DNA of 64,000 nucleotides. Source: Haliotis rubra. Lineage: Eukaryota. The stretch is taken from assembly GCF_003918875.1 (NCBI RefSeq), contig NW_025765559.1, positions 744,001 through 808,000 on the forward strand, given 5' to 3'. How positions within the stretch are numbered: the first letter of the stretch is position 1; every line of letters begins with the position of its first letter. Of the stretch, positions 1 through 13,345 are shown piece by piece. Made by a program: the position numbers and the translations under genes. The notes under the pieces are model-generated. The model made no database searches, had not been told where the DNA came from, and saw only the letters and a program-made list of their open reading frames with translations.

Positions 1-80
1 ATCGTCCGGATTAAAAAGGTTTTTCTTTTTTGCAATTATTGTCATGGAAAATGAGTAACCTTCTAATCATATTAGGTGCT

Positions 81-296
81 GTGTATTTGTTGTTTAGCAA
101 AAAAGTAGTTTTACAGCTGTATGACTGCGGTGTGTAAACAATAGCGTCTGAACCAGACAATCCAGTAATCAACATCATGAGCATCGATCTACACAATTGG
201 GAACCGATGACATGTGTCAACCACAGCGAGTCTGACCACCCGATCCCGTTAGTTGCCTCTTACGACAAGCATGGGCTTCTTAAGATCTTCACTGGA
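81..296 (-). mobile_element. Short retroelement family B copy (diverged)
   Basis: Reverse complement matches the family B copies at 30272, 32216 and 60342 (ccagacaatccagt..gagcatcgatctac..gaccacccgatcccgttagt..cctcttacgacaagcatggg). Confidence 0.85.
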
Positions 297-304
297 TTCG
301 TATT

Positions 305-664
305 AGTTCACTTTATTACCTACGAGGGCGAAAATATCGGGTTTCATATTTTTCATACGATGCCCTAGAGCAAAATATCACGTCATGGTGACGTGACGTC
401 ATTAACAATGCTATGACGTCACGTTTCTTCTGTGACGTTGCGTTCTACATGCGGCGACGGCGGGTAGCCAGCGTATGTTTGAAAGTAGATTTGGATTTAT
501 TTTTCTCAATTTGACGACTTCGGTAATAAACAGAATATTATATTCGTGCCCACACTCGTGCCTAAATATCGGTATATTCCTCGCTCTCGCTCGGGAAATA
601 CCAACATTTAGGCACTCGTGTCGTAAACATAGTATGACATGGGCACTTATATAATATCCTCTAT
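305..664. mobile_element. Probable non-autonomous DNA element relic with subterminal hairpin
   Basis: Imperfect inverted repeat gtgcctaaatatcggtatattcc / gggaaataccaacatttaggcac (~558-615), nested in gtgccca..tgggcac. There is a cluster of TGACGTCA-like motifs at 385-440 and an ..ataatatcctcta end. Superfamily not determined. Confidence 0.4.
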
Positions 665-1287
665 AAAGGGTTACATTTCCCTGTCGATGTGACGATATAT
701 TTAACTCACTTATTCAAATGTACCTTATCCCAAGCATCAATCGCCTAGTAAGGAGGTGTCCGGTATAACGAGGTTCCAGTATTCCAGTATTTGTAATTGT
801 TAATGTTCTCTCTGGTTGCAGATGAGTAATTGGTATATAAACATGACATGAAAACAGTTTTAGTGTTGGAGGTCCCGTGTTCATAAATCTAGCTGGCTAT
901 GTGCGCTGGTTTATACTTAATGTATTATCGTTGAATGTGAAAAGCTGTCCCAGATAAATAAATTCATCCCACACCTTTATGGTAATCATGACACAGATCA
1001 CATGTTCTGCATTCCGACTGGTCGTGTTCTGCTTAATATATTGTACTAATACTAGGTCCTGAGTGACTAGAATCAGCTAGATATTAGGATTATCATAAAT
1101 GTGTTAGGTGCATTGCGTTGTGAGAAATACACCAATATTCACGAAAATAATAGATCATAAACACGACAGACCTATCAACTAAGGAGACCCTTAATTATCT
1201 TGTTTGGTCTGACTTCGTTGTTTAACATTTTGTAAAGTGACATTTTGTTTTCATTTTAAACAAGACCTACTGGTTTTAACCTACTGG

Positions 1288-4200
1288 AGTTGCTTGTAAT
1301 ACAGTCTGATATAGCATAACGTTGCTTGTAGCGTGTAGTCTGATATAGCAAAACGTTGCTTGTAACGTATAGTCTGATATAGCATAAAGTTGCTTGTAAC
1401 GTATAGTCTGATATAGCATAAAGTTGCTTGTAACGTATAGTCTGATATAGCATAGAGTTGCTTGTAACGTATAGTCTGATATAGCATGAAGTTGCTTGTA
1501 ACGTACAGTCTGATATAGCATAGAGTTGCTTGTAACGTATAGTCTGATATAGCATAGAGTTGCTTGTAACGTATAGTCTGATATAGCATAAAGTTGCTTG
1601 TAACGTATAGTCTGATATAGCATAAAGTTGCTTGTAACGTGTAGTCTGATATAGCATGAAGTTGCTTGTAACGTATAGTCTGATATAGCATAAAGTTGCT
1701 CGTAACGTGTAGTCTGATATAGCATGAAGTTGCTTGTAACGTATAGTCTTATATAGCATAAAGTTGCTTGTAACGTATAGTCTGATATAGCATAAAGTTG
1801 CTCGTAACGTGTAGTCTGATATAGCATGAAGTTGCTTGTAACATATAGTCTGATATAGCATAAAGCTGCTTGTAACGTATAGTCTGATATAGCATGAAGT
1901 TGCTTGTAACGTACAGTCTGATATAGCATAGAGTTGCTCGTAACGTATAGTCTGATATAGCATGAAGTTGCTTGTAGCATATAGTCAGATATAGCATAAA
2001 GTTGCTTGTAACGTACAGTCTGATATAGCATAAAGTTGCTCGTAACATATAGTCTGATATAGCATAAAGTTGCTTGAAACGTACAGTCTGATATAGCATA
2101 GAGTTGCTTGTAACGTATAGTCTGATATACCATAAAGTTGCTCGTAACGTATAGTCTGATATAGCATACAATTGCTTGTAACGTATAGTCTGATATACCA
2201 TAAAGTTGCTTGTAACGTATAGTCTGATATAGCATAGTGTTGCTAGTAACGTATAGTCTGATATACCATAAAGTTGCTTGTAACGTGTAGTCTGATATAC
2301 CATAAAGTTGCTTGTAACATATAGTCTGATATAGCATAAAGTTGCTTGTAACGGATAGTCTGATATAGCATAAAGTTGCTTGTAACGGATAGTCTGATAT
2401 AGCATGAAGTTGCTTGTAACGTATAGTCTGATATAGCATGAAGTTGCTTGTAACGTATAGTCTGATATAGCATAGAGTTGCTTGTAACGTATAGTCTGAT
2501 ATAGCATAAAGTTGCTTGTAACGGATAGTCTGATATAGCATAAAGTTGCTTGTAACGTATAGTCTGATATAGCATAAAGTTGCTTGTAACGTATAGTCTG
2601 ATATAGCATAGAGTTGCTTGTAACGTATAGTCTGATATAGCATAGAGTTGCTTGTAACGTATAGTCTGATATAGCATAAAGTTGCTTGTAACGGATAGTC
2701 TGATATAGCATGAAGTTGTTTGTAACGTACAGTCTGATATAGCATAAAGTTGCTTGTAACGTATAGTCTGATATAGCATAGAGTTGCTTGTAACGTATAG
2801 TCTGATATAGCATAAAGTTGCTTGTAACGGATAGTCTGATATAGCATGAAGTTGCTTGTAACGTATAGTCTGATATAGCATAGAGTTGCTTGTAACGTAT
2901 AGTCTGATATAGCATAAAGTTGCTTGTAACGGATAGTCTGATATAGCATAAAGTTGCTTGTAACGGATAGTCTGATATAGCATGAAGTTGCTTGTAACGT
3001 ATAGTCTGATATAGCATGAAGTTGCTTGTAACGTAATGTCTGATATAGCATAGAGTTGCTTGTAACGTATAGTCTGATATAGCATAGAGTTGCTTGTAAC
3101 GTATAGTCTGATATAGCATAGAGTTGCTTGTAACGGATAGTCTGATATAGCATAAAGTTGCTTGTAACGTATAGTCTGATATAGCATAAAGTTGCTTGTA
3201 ACGTATAGTCTGATATAGCATAGAAGTTGCTTGTAACGTATAGTCTGATATAGCATAAAGTTGCTTGTAACGGATAGTCTGATATAGCATGAAGTTGTTT
3301 GTAACGTACAGTCTGATATAGCATAAAGTTGCTTGTAACGTATAGTCTGATATAGCATAGAGTTGCTTGTAACGTATAGTCTGATATAGCATAAAGTTGC
3401 TTGTAACGTATAGTCTGATATAGCATAAAGTTGCTTGTAACGTATAGTCTGATATAGCATAGAGTTGCTTGTAACGTTGAGTCTGATATAGCATAAAGTT
3501 GCTTGTAACGGATAGTCTGATATAGCATGAAGTTGCTTGTAACGTAATGTCTGATATAGCATAAAGTTGCTTGTAACGTATAGTCTGATATAGCATAGAG
3601 TTGCTTGTAACGTATAGTCTGATATAGCATAAAGTTGCTTGTAACGTATAGTCGGATATAGCATGAAGTTGCTTGTAACGTACAGTCTGATATAGCATAG
3701 AGTTGCTTGTAACGTATAGTCTGATATAGCATAGAGTTGCTTGTAACGTAGAGTCTGATATAGCATAAAGTTCCTTGTAACGTATAGTCTGATATAGCAT
3801 AAAGTTGCTCGTAACGTAATGTCTGATATAGCATAGAGTTGCTTGTAACGTATAGTCTGATATACCATAAAGTTGCTTGTAACGTATAGTCTGATATAGT
3901 ATAAAGTTGCTTGTAACGTATAGTCTGATATAGCATGAAGCTGCTTGTAACGAATAGTCTGATATAGCATGAAGTTGCTTGTAACGAATAGTCTGATATA
4001 GCATAGGAAGCTTGTAACGTATGGTCTGATATAGCATAGAGTTGCTTTTAACGTATAGTCTGATATAGCATGAAGTTGCCAGTAACGTGTAGTCTGATAT
4101 AGCATGAAGTTGCCAGTAACGTGTAGTCTGATATAGCATGAAGTTGCTAGTAACGAATAGTCTGATATAGCATAGGAAGCTTGTAACGTATGGTCTGATA

Positions 4201-5510
4201 TAACATAAAGTTGCTTGTAACGTATAGTCTGATATAGTATAAAGTTGCCAGTAACGTGTAGTCTGATATAGCATGAAGTTGCTAGTAACGAATAGTCTGA
4301 TATAGCATAGGAAGCTTGTAACGTATGGTCTGATATAGCATAAAATTGCTTGTAACGGATAGTCTGATATAGCATAGAGTTGCTAGTAACGTATAGTCTG
4401 ATATAGCATAAAGTTGCTTGTAACATATAGTTTGATATATCATAAAGTTTCTTGTAACGTATAGTCTGATATAGCATAAAGTTGCTTGTAACGCAGAGTC
4501 TGATATAGCATAAGTTGCTTGTAACGTATCGTCTGATATAGCATAACGTTGCTTGTAACGTATAGTCTGATATAGCATAAAGTTGCTTGTAACGTATAGT
4601 TTTATATAGCATAAAGTTGCTTGTAACATATAGTTTGATATAGCATGAAGTTTCTTGTAACGTATAGTCTGATATAGCATAAAGTTGCTTGTAACGTATA
4701 GTCTGATATAGCATAAAGTTGCTCGTAACGTGTAGTCAGATATAGCATGAAGTTGCTTGTAACGTACAGTCTGATATAGCATAGAGTTGCTTGTAACGTA
4801 TAGTCTGATATAGCATGAAGTTGCTTGTAGCATATAGTCAGATATAGCATGAAGTTGCTTGTAACGTACAGTCTGATATAGCATAAAGTTGCTCGTAACA
4901 TATAGTCTGATATAGCATAAAGTTGCTTGAAACGTACAGTCTGATATAGCATAGAGTTGCTTGTAACGTATAGTCTGATATACCATAAAGTTGCTCGTAA
5001 CGTATAGTCTGATATAGCATACAATTGCTTGTAACGTATAGTCTGATATACCATAAAGTTGCTTGTAACGAATAGTCTGATATAGCATAAAGTTGCTTGT
5101 AACATATAGTCAGAAAGGACATAAAATAGCTTGTAACGCGGATAAAACATAAAGTTTTTCAGTTATAACATATTCTTTGTTGAAACATGTAATTTGATAA
5201 AACTTCAAGTTGCTTGTTACAAACAGTTAGTATGAATACAATTGCTTGTTACGAATAATCGGTTAAGATATAAAGTTGCTTGTTACGTAATGTCGGATAT
5301 AACACAAACTGGCTGTAATGTGCCGTTGGATATAACATAAAGTTGTTCGTGACGTGTAGTCGGATATATCAGAAAGCTGCTTGTTTCACATAGACTGTTA
5401 TGATATAAAGTTCTTTGTCGCGTATAGTATGAGAAAATATAAAGTTTCTGATTAAGAACGATCGCATATAACACGCTAAGCAGCATGCAACATGGTCGGA
5501 TATTACACAG
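1288..5510. repeat. 34-bp tandem satellite (~113 homogeneous copies to ~5130, decayed copies to ~5510)
   Basis: Unit gtatagtctgatatagcataaagttgcttgtaac. The 34-aa periodicity of the minus-strand ORFs equals 3 units. Confidence 0.98.
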
Positions 5511-6121
5511 TCTGACAATTAATCTATATTATACGAGTAAATTCAACATACATGACTACACCCAATTCGTCATTAAAATCAACGAAATCAACGAACGTGA
5601 AACCATAGGAGATGAAATACAAGAAAACAGGCGGCCATTTTACGGGCAACTTTTGTAATCCAAATACGCACATCCCATTTATCGAGGCTGTGGCCGGTAC
5701 CATGTCGCTGTAGATGGTCTGCGCTGTTGCAGTGTCAATTGTTGATGACGAACGAAGATAATTTTCCGCTTCATTTTTTTAATCACCGCCTGCTGCTCAT
5801 CATCCATATAATTTAATAGATCGAAGATAATCTAATCTAATAGATATATAATTATAAGTCCGCGCGGCATCAGTCTATCAGCATTTAACATTACAACTGT
5901 TCGCTTCCTTTGTTCCGTTTTTATCGACAGGCAGGGATACTTTTTGTAACACCCAATATGATTATTTCATGAAGCCGCCTGTGATAAATAACACAGAGTA
6001 TGTCTGATGATTTACGTTAGTCAGACAGTATCCCTAATGATGACCAACAAAAAGAATCGTGTGTTGTGTCGCCAACGGGCTTCCGTAATTAGTCCGGACG
6101 TGCGCAGTTGTGCCTGAAGGG

Positions 6122-6134
6122 GCGCCCTCTGGGG
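6122..6134 (-). promoter_or_regulatory. CTCF-like motif in a CpG-richer island between two satellites
   Basis: Reverse complement is ccccagagggcgc. Nearby are a reverse CCAAT (gattgg ~6151) and a YY1-like cggccatttt (~5632). Motif match only. Confidence 0.25.
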
Positions 6135-6649
6135 ATCACAGTAATTATCTGATTGGTTGTTAGTTTCAAAGGTTACGACCCTCTACTGTAGAGTCAAGTC
6201 ATCGATAGGAGGTGGAACAGAGCTCTTTAAATCAAGACGTAAATCAACGCGAGGCTTCCATCTTCGTGATTTCAAACGAGATAAGGGGGGATAACTTTAG
6301 CGACGCGAGGTTGTAAACCGCTAGAGCGTTTTGATTTTCGTTCGGATAACATTTTTGACAAGTGATCCAATGTCTTGTGTGGTTTTTTTAACCTAAGCTG
6401 TTTAAGTGAGGCAAAGGCAGGGAATTCTTATATGAAAGTAATCCTTTAAATGACGTAAATGACGGAAATTGATATGAAAACACAACCTAGAGCCCTTTTG
6501 TCACATTATCATGGTCCGGGATAACGTTTCTCTCACGAAACACAGGGGATATTTCAGCAGGTACCTGTGAAACCATCTCGATGCTTAATTCACAATGGCA
6601 ATCAGAAATTGTACTGGCAAATCCTTTGCCTCAATGAAGCTTCGTCTCA

Positions 6650-9600
6650 CTGGACGCACAGCTAGTCAAACGCCTTCAAACATTGTGTATGACCGGATAC
6701 ACAGCTAGTCAAACGTCTTCAAACATTGTGTATGACCGGATACACAGCTAGACAAACGTCTTCAAACATTGTGTATGACCGGATACACAGCTAGGCAAAC
6801 GTCTTCAAACATTGTGTATGACCGGATACACAGCTAGGCAAACGTCTTCAAACATTGTGTATGACCGGATACACAGCTAGACTAACGTCTTCAAACAGTG
6901 TGTATGACCGGATACACAGCAAGTCAAACGTCTTCAAACATTGTGTATGACCGGATACACAGCTAGACAAACGTCTTCAAACATTGTGTATGACCGGATA
7001 CACAGCTAGACAAACGTCTTCAAACATTGTGTATGACCGGATACACAGCTAGGCAAACGTCTTCAAACATTGTGTATGACCGGATACACAGCTAGGCAAA
7101 CGTCTTCAAACATTGTGTATGACCGGATACACAGCTAGACAAACGTCTTCAAACATTGTGTATGACCGGATACACAGCAAGTCAAACGTCTTCAAACATT
7201 GTGTATGACCGGATACACAGCTAGACAAACGTCTTCAAACATTGTGTATGACCGGATACACAGCTAGACAAACGTCTTCAAACATTTGTATGTATGACAA
7301 ACGTCTTCAAACATTGTGTATGCGGATACACAGCTAGACAAACGTCTTCAAACATTGTGTATGACCGGATACACAGCTAGACAAACGTCTTCAAACATTG
7401 TGTATGACCGGATACACAGCAAGTCAAACGTCTTCAAACATTGTGTATGACCGGATACACAGCTAGACAAACGTCTTCAAACATTGTGTATGACCGGATA
7501 CACAGCTAGACAAACGTCTTCAAACATTGTGTATGACCGGATACACAGCTAGGCAAACGTCTTCAAACATTGTGTATGACCGGATACACAGCTAGGCAAA
7601 CGTCTTCAAACATTGTGTATGACCGGATACACAGCTAGACAAACGTCTTCAAACATTGTGTATGACCGGATACACAGCTAGACAAACGTCTTCAAACATT
7701 GTGTATGACCGGATACACAGCTAGACAAACGTCTTCAAACATTGTGTATGACCGGATACACAGCTAGACAAACGTCTTCAAACATTGTGTATGACCGGAT
7801 ACACAGCTAGGCAAACGTCTTCAAACATTGTGTATGACCGGATACACAGCTAGACAAACGTCTTCAAACATTGTGTATGACCGGATACACAGCTAGACAA
7901 ACGTCTTCAAACATTGTGTATGACCGGATACACAGCTAGGCAAACGTCTTCAAACATTGTGTATGACCGGATACACAGCTAGACAAACGTCTTCAAACAT
8001 TGTGTATGACCGGATACACAGCAAGTCAAACGTCTTCAAACATTGTGTATGACCGGATACACAGCTAGGCAAACGTCTTCAAACATTGTGTATGACCGGA
8101 TACACAGCTAGACAAACGTCTTCAAACATTGTGTATGACCGGATACACAGCTAGACAAACGTCTTCAAACAGTGTGTATGACCGGATACACAGCTAGTCA
8201 AACGTCTTCAAACATTGTGTATGACCGGATACACAGCTAGACAAACGTCTTCAAACATTGTGTATGACCGGATACACAGCTAGGCAAACGTCTTCAAACA
8301 TTGTGTATGACCGGATACACAGCTAGACAAACGCTGACCGGGCAAGTCAAACGTCTTCAAACAGTGTGTATGACCGGATACACAGCTAGACAAACGTCTT
8401 CAAACATTGTGTATGACCGGATACACAGCTAGACAAACGTCTTCAAACATTGTGTATGACCGGATACACAGCTAGAACAAACGCCTTCAAACATTGTGTA
8501 TGACCGGATACACAGCTAAGTCAAACGCCTTCAAACATTGTGTATGACCGGATACACAGCTAGGCAAACGCCTTCAAAATGTGTGTATGACCGGATACAC
8601 AGCTTGGCAATCGCCTTCAAACAGTGTGTATGACCGGATACACAGCTAGTCAAACATTGTGTATGACCGGATACACAGCTAGTCAAACGTCTTCAAACAT
8701 TGTGTATGACCGGATACACAGCTAGTCAAACGTCTTCAAACATTGTGTATGACCGGATACACAGCTAGACAAACGTCTTCAAACAGTGTGTATGACCGGA
8801 TACACAGCAAGTCAAACGTCTTCAAACATTGTGTATGACCGGATACACAGCTAGTCAAACGTCTTCAAACATTGTGTATGACCGGATACACAGCAAGTCA
8901 AACGCCTTCAAACATTGTGTATGACCGGATACACAGCTAGTCAAACGTCTTCAAACATTGTGTATGACCGGATACACAGTAAGTCAAACGCCTTCAAACA
9001 TTGTGTATGACCGGATACACAGCTAGTCAAACGTCTTCAAACATTGTGTATGACCGGATACACAGCAAGTCAAACGCCTTCAAACATTGTGTATGACCGG
9101 ATACACAGCTAGTCAAACGCCTTCAAACATTGTGTATGACCGGATACACAGCAAGTCAAACGCCTTCAAACATTGTGTATGACCGGATACACAGCTAGTC
9201 AAACGCCTTCAAACATTCTGTATGACCGGATACACAGCTAGTCAAACGCCTTCAAACATTCTGTATGACCGGATACACAGCTAGTCAAACGCCTTCAAAC
9301 ATTCTGTATGACCGGATACACAGCAAGTCAAACGCCTTCAAACATTGTGTATGACCGGATACACAGCTAGGCAAACGCCTTCAAACAGTGTGTATGACCG
9401 GATACACAGCAAGTCAAACGCCTTCAAACATTGTGTATGACCGGATACACAGCTAGTCAAACGCCTTCAAACATTGTGTATGACCGGATACACAGCTAGT
9501 CAAACGCCTTCAAACATTGTGTATGACCGGATACACAGCTAGTCAAACGCCTTCAAACATTGTGTATGACCGGATACACAGCAAGTCAAACGCCTTCAAA

Positions 9601-10312
9601 CATTGTGTATGACCGGATACACAGCTAGTCAAACGCCTTCAAACATTCTGTATGACCGGATACACAGCTAGTCAAACGCCTTCAAACATTGTGTATGACC
9701 GGATACACAGCTAGGCAAACGCCTTCAAACATTGTGTATGACCGGATACACAGCTAGTCAAACGCCTTCAAACATTGTGTATGACCGGATACACAGCTAG
9801 GTAAACGCCTTCAAACAGTGTGTATGACCGGATACACAGCTAGTCAAACACTATCAAACATTGCGTATGACCGGATACACAGCTAGGCAAACGCCTTCAA
9901 ACATTGCGCATGACCGGATACAGAGCAACTCAAACACCTTCACACATTGTGTACGACCAGATACACAGCTAGGCAAACACCTTCACACATTGTGTATGAC
10001 CAGATACACAGGTAGTCAAACGTCTTCAAACACTGTGTACGACGGGATACACAGCTAGTCAAACGCCTTCAAACAGTGTGTACGACGGGATACACAGCAA
10101 GTCAAACGCCTTCAAACAGTGTGTACGACGGGATACACAGCTAGTCAAACGCCTTCAAACAGTGTGTATGACCGGATACACAGCCAGTCAAACGCCTTCA
10201 AACATTGTGTACTGCCGGATACACAGCTAGTCAAACGTCTTCAAACATTGTGTATGACCGGATACACAGCTAGTCAAACGCTTTCAAACATGGTGTATGA
10301 CCAGACTGACCG
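6650..10312. repeat. 43-bp tandem satellite (~85 copies)
   Basis: Unit ccggatacacagctagacaaacgtcttcaaacattgtgtatga; period measured 6693 to 6736. Confidence 0.98.
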
Positions 10313-11317
10313 GAACTAGTTTTACATTCAGAATGTCAGGTACCATGGCGTTCACATTCAGAATAAGTGGCCATATTTGTTTTAAAATGTTACAGATTCT
10401 CAAGTTGTTGTTTGTGTTCATGGTTTCAATGGACCAAGACTCCGAAACTAAAACTTCGCTAGAAACAAATAACTCAAATTAAATTGAAAAAATAGAGTGA
10501 GCTCAAAGATTCAGAACCTGAGGAAATCTGGACTTTCTACATTTAGTTCTTTTGCATTGCAGAAAGGTTTGGGCAAAAGGGAAAATAATGTGGCTCAGGG
10601 ACTGTGAGACGGACCATGGACCAGGATACGAAGCTATGTTTACCCAAATGGGCATGATGTTCGCCGGAGCGATTTTATGGAAACTGTTACTATCTGAAAC
10701 ACTTCACAAATCTCCGTCATGCTGGAATGCTGTTGAAATGAAACATCCATTCCACGGAAGCCATCTTGTTTGTTTCCATTTCAGTCCGCCAGGTGTCAGC
10801 GTATCAAAGGGAGATAATCAAAACGGATTTTCTTCACAGGAAGGTAGTTATAGCCGCAGGGACCTTAAACAAACAGCCTCCATCATAAAGTAACGATATT
10901 CGCTTCGACTCGGCACTGAACCTCTACATTTATTCTAAACATACCTTTTATAGTAAGATAAAACATCTTTCAACTTTTACAAACATACGCGTTCCACGAG
11001 CTCTTAAACGGGGCACGTTCGTCCCTCCCGAGCATCCTGACATGCAACCGGCTTACCCAAACTCCATGAAACTGTATTAATGATAGGCTTCGGCTTTGAT
11101 CAACACTATGAACAGAGACTGCGCAGTTTTAGAGGCGAGATGCAAGGAGAGAAACTAAAGTTTACGAGAAATTGTTACGTGGATCCTTGATGCCATTGAA
11201 TAATGAAAACCCGTGTGGTCTAAAGGAGTTGCCAGGTTGAAGGTAGCGTATAGATTGTAGTGCTTGGATGATGGGAATATTGTGATATCTGATATCTTCA
11301 AATACATATTAATCTAT

Positions 11318-11680
11318 ATTGGGGAAGGGGGGTAGTAGGAGATTGGATTGGGATGGTGGAGGAAGATTGGGATGGTGGAGGCAGTTTGGGGGGGGGGGTC
11401 TTTCTGGCGGCGGTCGGTGATGCCGCTGCCGCTGGGGGCGCATGCTAAGGAGGATGTAGTGGTGGTTATGGTTACTGATGTTGTAGTGGGTAGTGCCAGT
11501 TGTAGACGCAGTTGTTGTAGCTGTGGTAGTGATTGTTGTTGACGATGTGATAATGGTTGTGGTAGTTGATGTCGTAGATAGTCAGTTGTTGTAGACGCTG
11601 TGTAGTGTCGATGGAGATGTGGGGTAGGGGGTTGAGAGTGGAGGGAGATAGTTGTGTAGCTCGTGATTATTAACATCGGA
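11318..11680. repeat. G/T-rich low-complexity tract (decayed GTT/GTA/GGT microsatellite)
   Basis: Runs of ggtagt, gttgtt, ggtggt and poly-G. Confidence 0.75.
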
Positions 11681-11804
11681 CTGTGCCTGTCGCTGTGTTA
11701 GCTGTAAGTCGTGTTGAACGTCGTGATGCATTCCCTGTGTTGGTTATGGTGTATATTGGATGTATGTTCGTGAAGAAGGTTTTGTACATGGGTATGTGCG
11801 GTGT

Positions 11805-11935
11805 TGAGTGAGTGAGTTTAGTTTTACGCTGCACTCGGCACTATTGCAGCTATATGGCGGCGGTTTGTAAATAATCTACTCTCGACCAGACAATCCAGTG
11901 ATGAACAGAATGAGTATCGATCTACGCAAATGGGA
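11805..11935 (-). mobile_element. Family B retroelement, 3' part
   Basis: (gagt)n tail followed by ttttacgctgcactcggcactattgcagctatatggcggcgg..ccagacaatccagtgat. Confidence 0.85.
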
Positions 11936-12170
11936 TAATTGGATGGGATCTCGGCTCCTTTTGAATTTTAAATTACATTTTGTAGACATAGCGTTTTAAG
12001 CATTATTTGTGAGACATATTTCATTGTCTGATGAAACACTGCTCAAGACTGGACATATAAGCTGCAGCTACGAGGCCAGATATTGTCAAAAGAAAACTAA
12101 GATCCGAAATATCTTTTTGATGAAATACATCTTCCAACATTGGTTGATTCTTGGATTGTTTTCTGGCAAC

Positions 12171-12558
12171 TAGTCTGTCATACAGACCCTGAAACAAACA
12201 TGTCCAAGACAGCCCCTAGTCTGTCATACAGACCCTGAAACAAACATGTCCAAGAAAGCCCCTAGTCTGTCATACAGACCCTGAAACAAACATGTCCAAG
12301 AAAGCACCTAGTCTGTCATACAGACCCTGAAACAAACATGTCCAAGAAAGCCCCTAGTCTGTCATACAGACCCTGAAACAAACATGTCCAAGAAAGCCCA
12401 TGCAAGTCTAGAATTTATGGCAAGTCTAGATTTCCACAGTTTCAGTTTCTGAAAATCAAGAAGGTGTCAGGGCTCCTTTTCATTATATTATATTGTTTTA
12501 TTATGAACTGTTTTGTTCTGTAAGAAATTGCTCATTTAAGAGACTAGTTGTTAGTCTA
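12171..12558. mobile_element. Non-autonomous DNA transposon, Academ-like (TAG..CTA ends, 9-bp TSD), left 46 bp amplified 5 times
   Basis: Exact direct repeat tctggcaac at 12162-12170 and 12559-12567. Termini are tagtctgtcatacagac and agactagttgttagtcta. The body is homologous to 17012-17201. The superfamily call is inferred from the termini and TSD. Confidence 0.8.
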
Positions 12559-13345
12559 TCTGGCAACCGTTTACCTCTATAGTCTCAAACATAATAAGGT
12601 TGTTCAAGTATGTTTTGGACCATTTACTCTTTTATGTAAACAGATCCGTACACAACGTACAAAGCCAGTCATTAAATGTTCCCTACGACGTGCAGTGCGC
12701 TGCCATGTTGCCGACATAAGTCTTCAGGAAATGTTCTGCTCCATAAACGGTTTTGAACAAACGGAATGAGCGTAGCTTGCCATTATTTTGTGTAAGCAAT
12801 CTGTTTTCTCCCACGTCTGAATGCGATGTGATTAAACGTCACAGGCCTAAATTACACGTGCAAAAAAGCAGTTCCTGGGGTGTCGGAACTCATCTGTCTG
12901 TCGGGCCAGGACTCTGACGGTGCAGCTTGCAGACATATCTATCTGGTGGATGGGGATCGTCAAGACATTTTTCGCTGACTCATTTTTGGCGAATCTTATC
13001 AACTGCCGTCCGCGGTATCTCGGTCGCGCCTGTCGTACACTACTGGTACTTCCTTGACGTGTACGTGCAGAGTGACCTCCCTTGGCCGTGTTAGGATCGA
13101 TGGTCAGCGTTTCGAGCCTGTTGTCTTTACGAATCCTGTATCGGTTAGCACCATATGTGAGGGAATAGGAGACGGGGTAGATGACTAAAAAGGTGGGCAG
13201 ACAACACCACTGAGTAAACAGAGAGAGAGGGGGGTTCTACTGGAACTCGGAGCCAAACGGCGTCAGCCATGGATTGAAATAGTTGGTGAATCCACCAGAC
13301 CTGCGCCACCAGGACCAAGCCGGGGCCAGTGATCAGTGAAGATAG

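Noticed and set aside
1256-5150. Very long minus-strand ORFs (up to 886 aa)
   Set aside because: The 34-bp unit has no stop codon in any minus-strand frame, so all three frames are open and give the same cyclic peptide. This is a satellite artefact.
10552-10893. 113-aa ORF following a good splice-acceptor-like sequence (ttcttttgcattgcag)
   Set aside because: No recognisable domain or partner exons; it cannot be supported without RNA-seq or BLASTX.
11314-11676. Pro/Thr/Gln-rich 120-aa ORF
   Set aside because: Translation of a decayed trinucleotide low-complexity tract.
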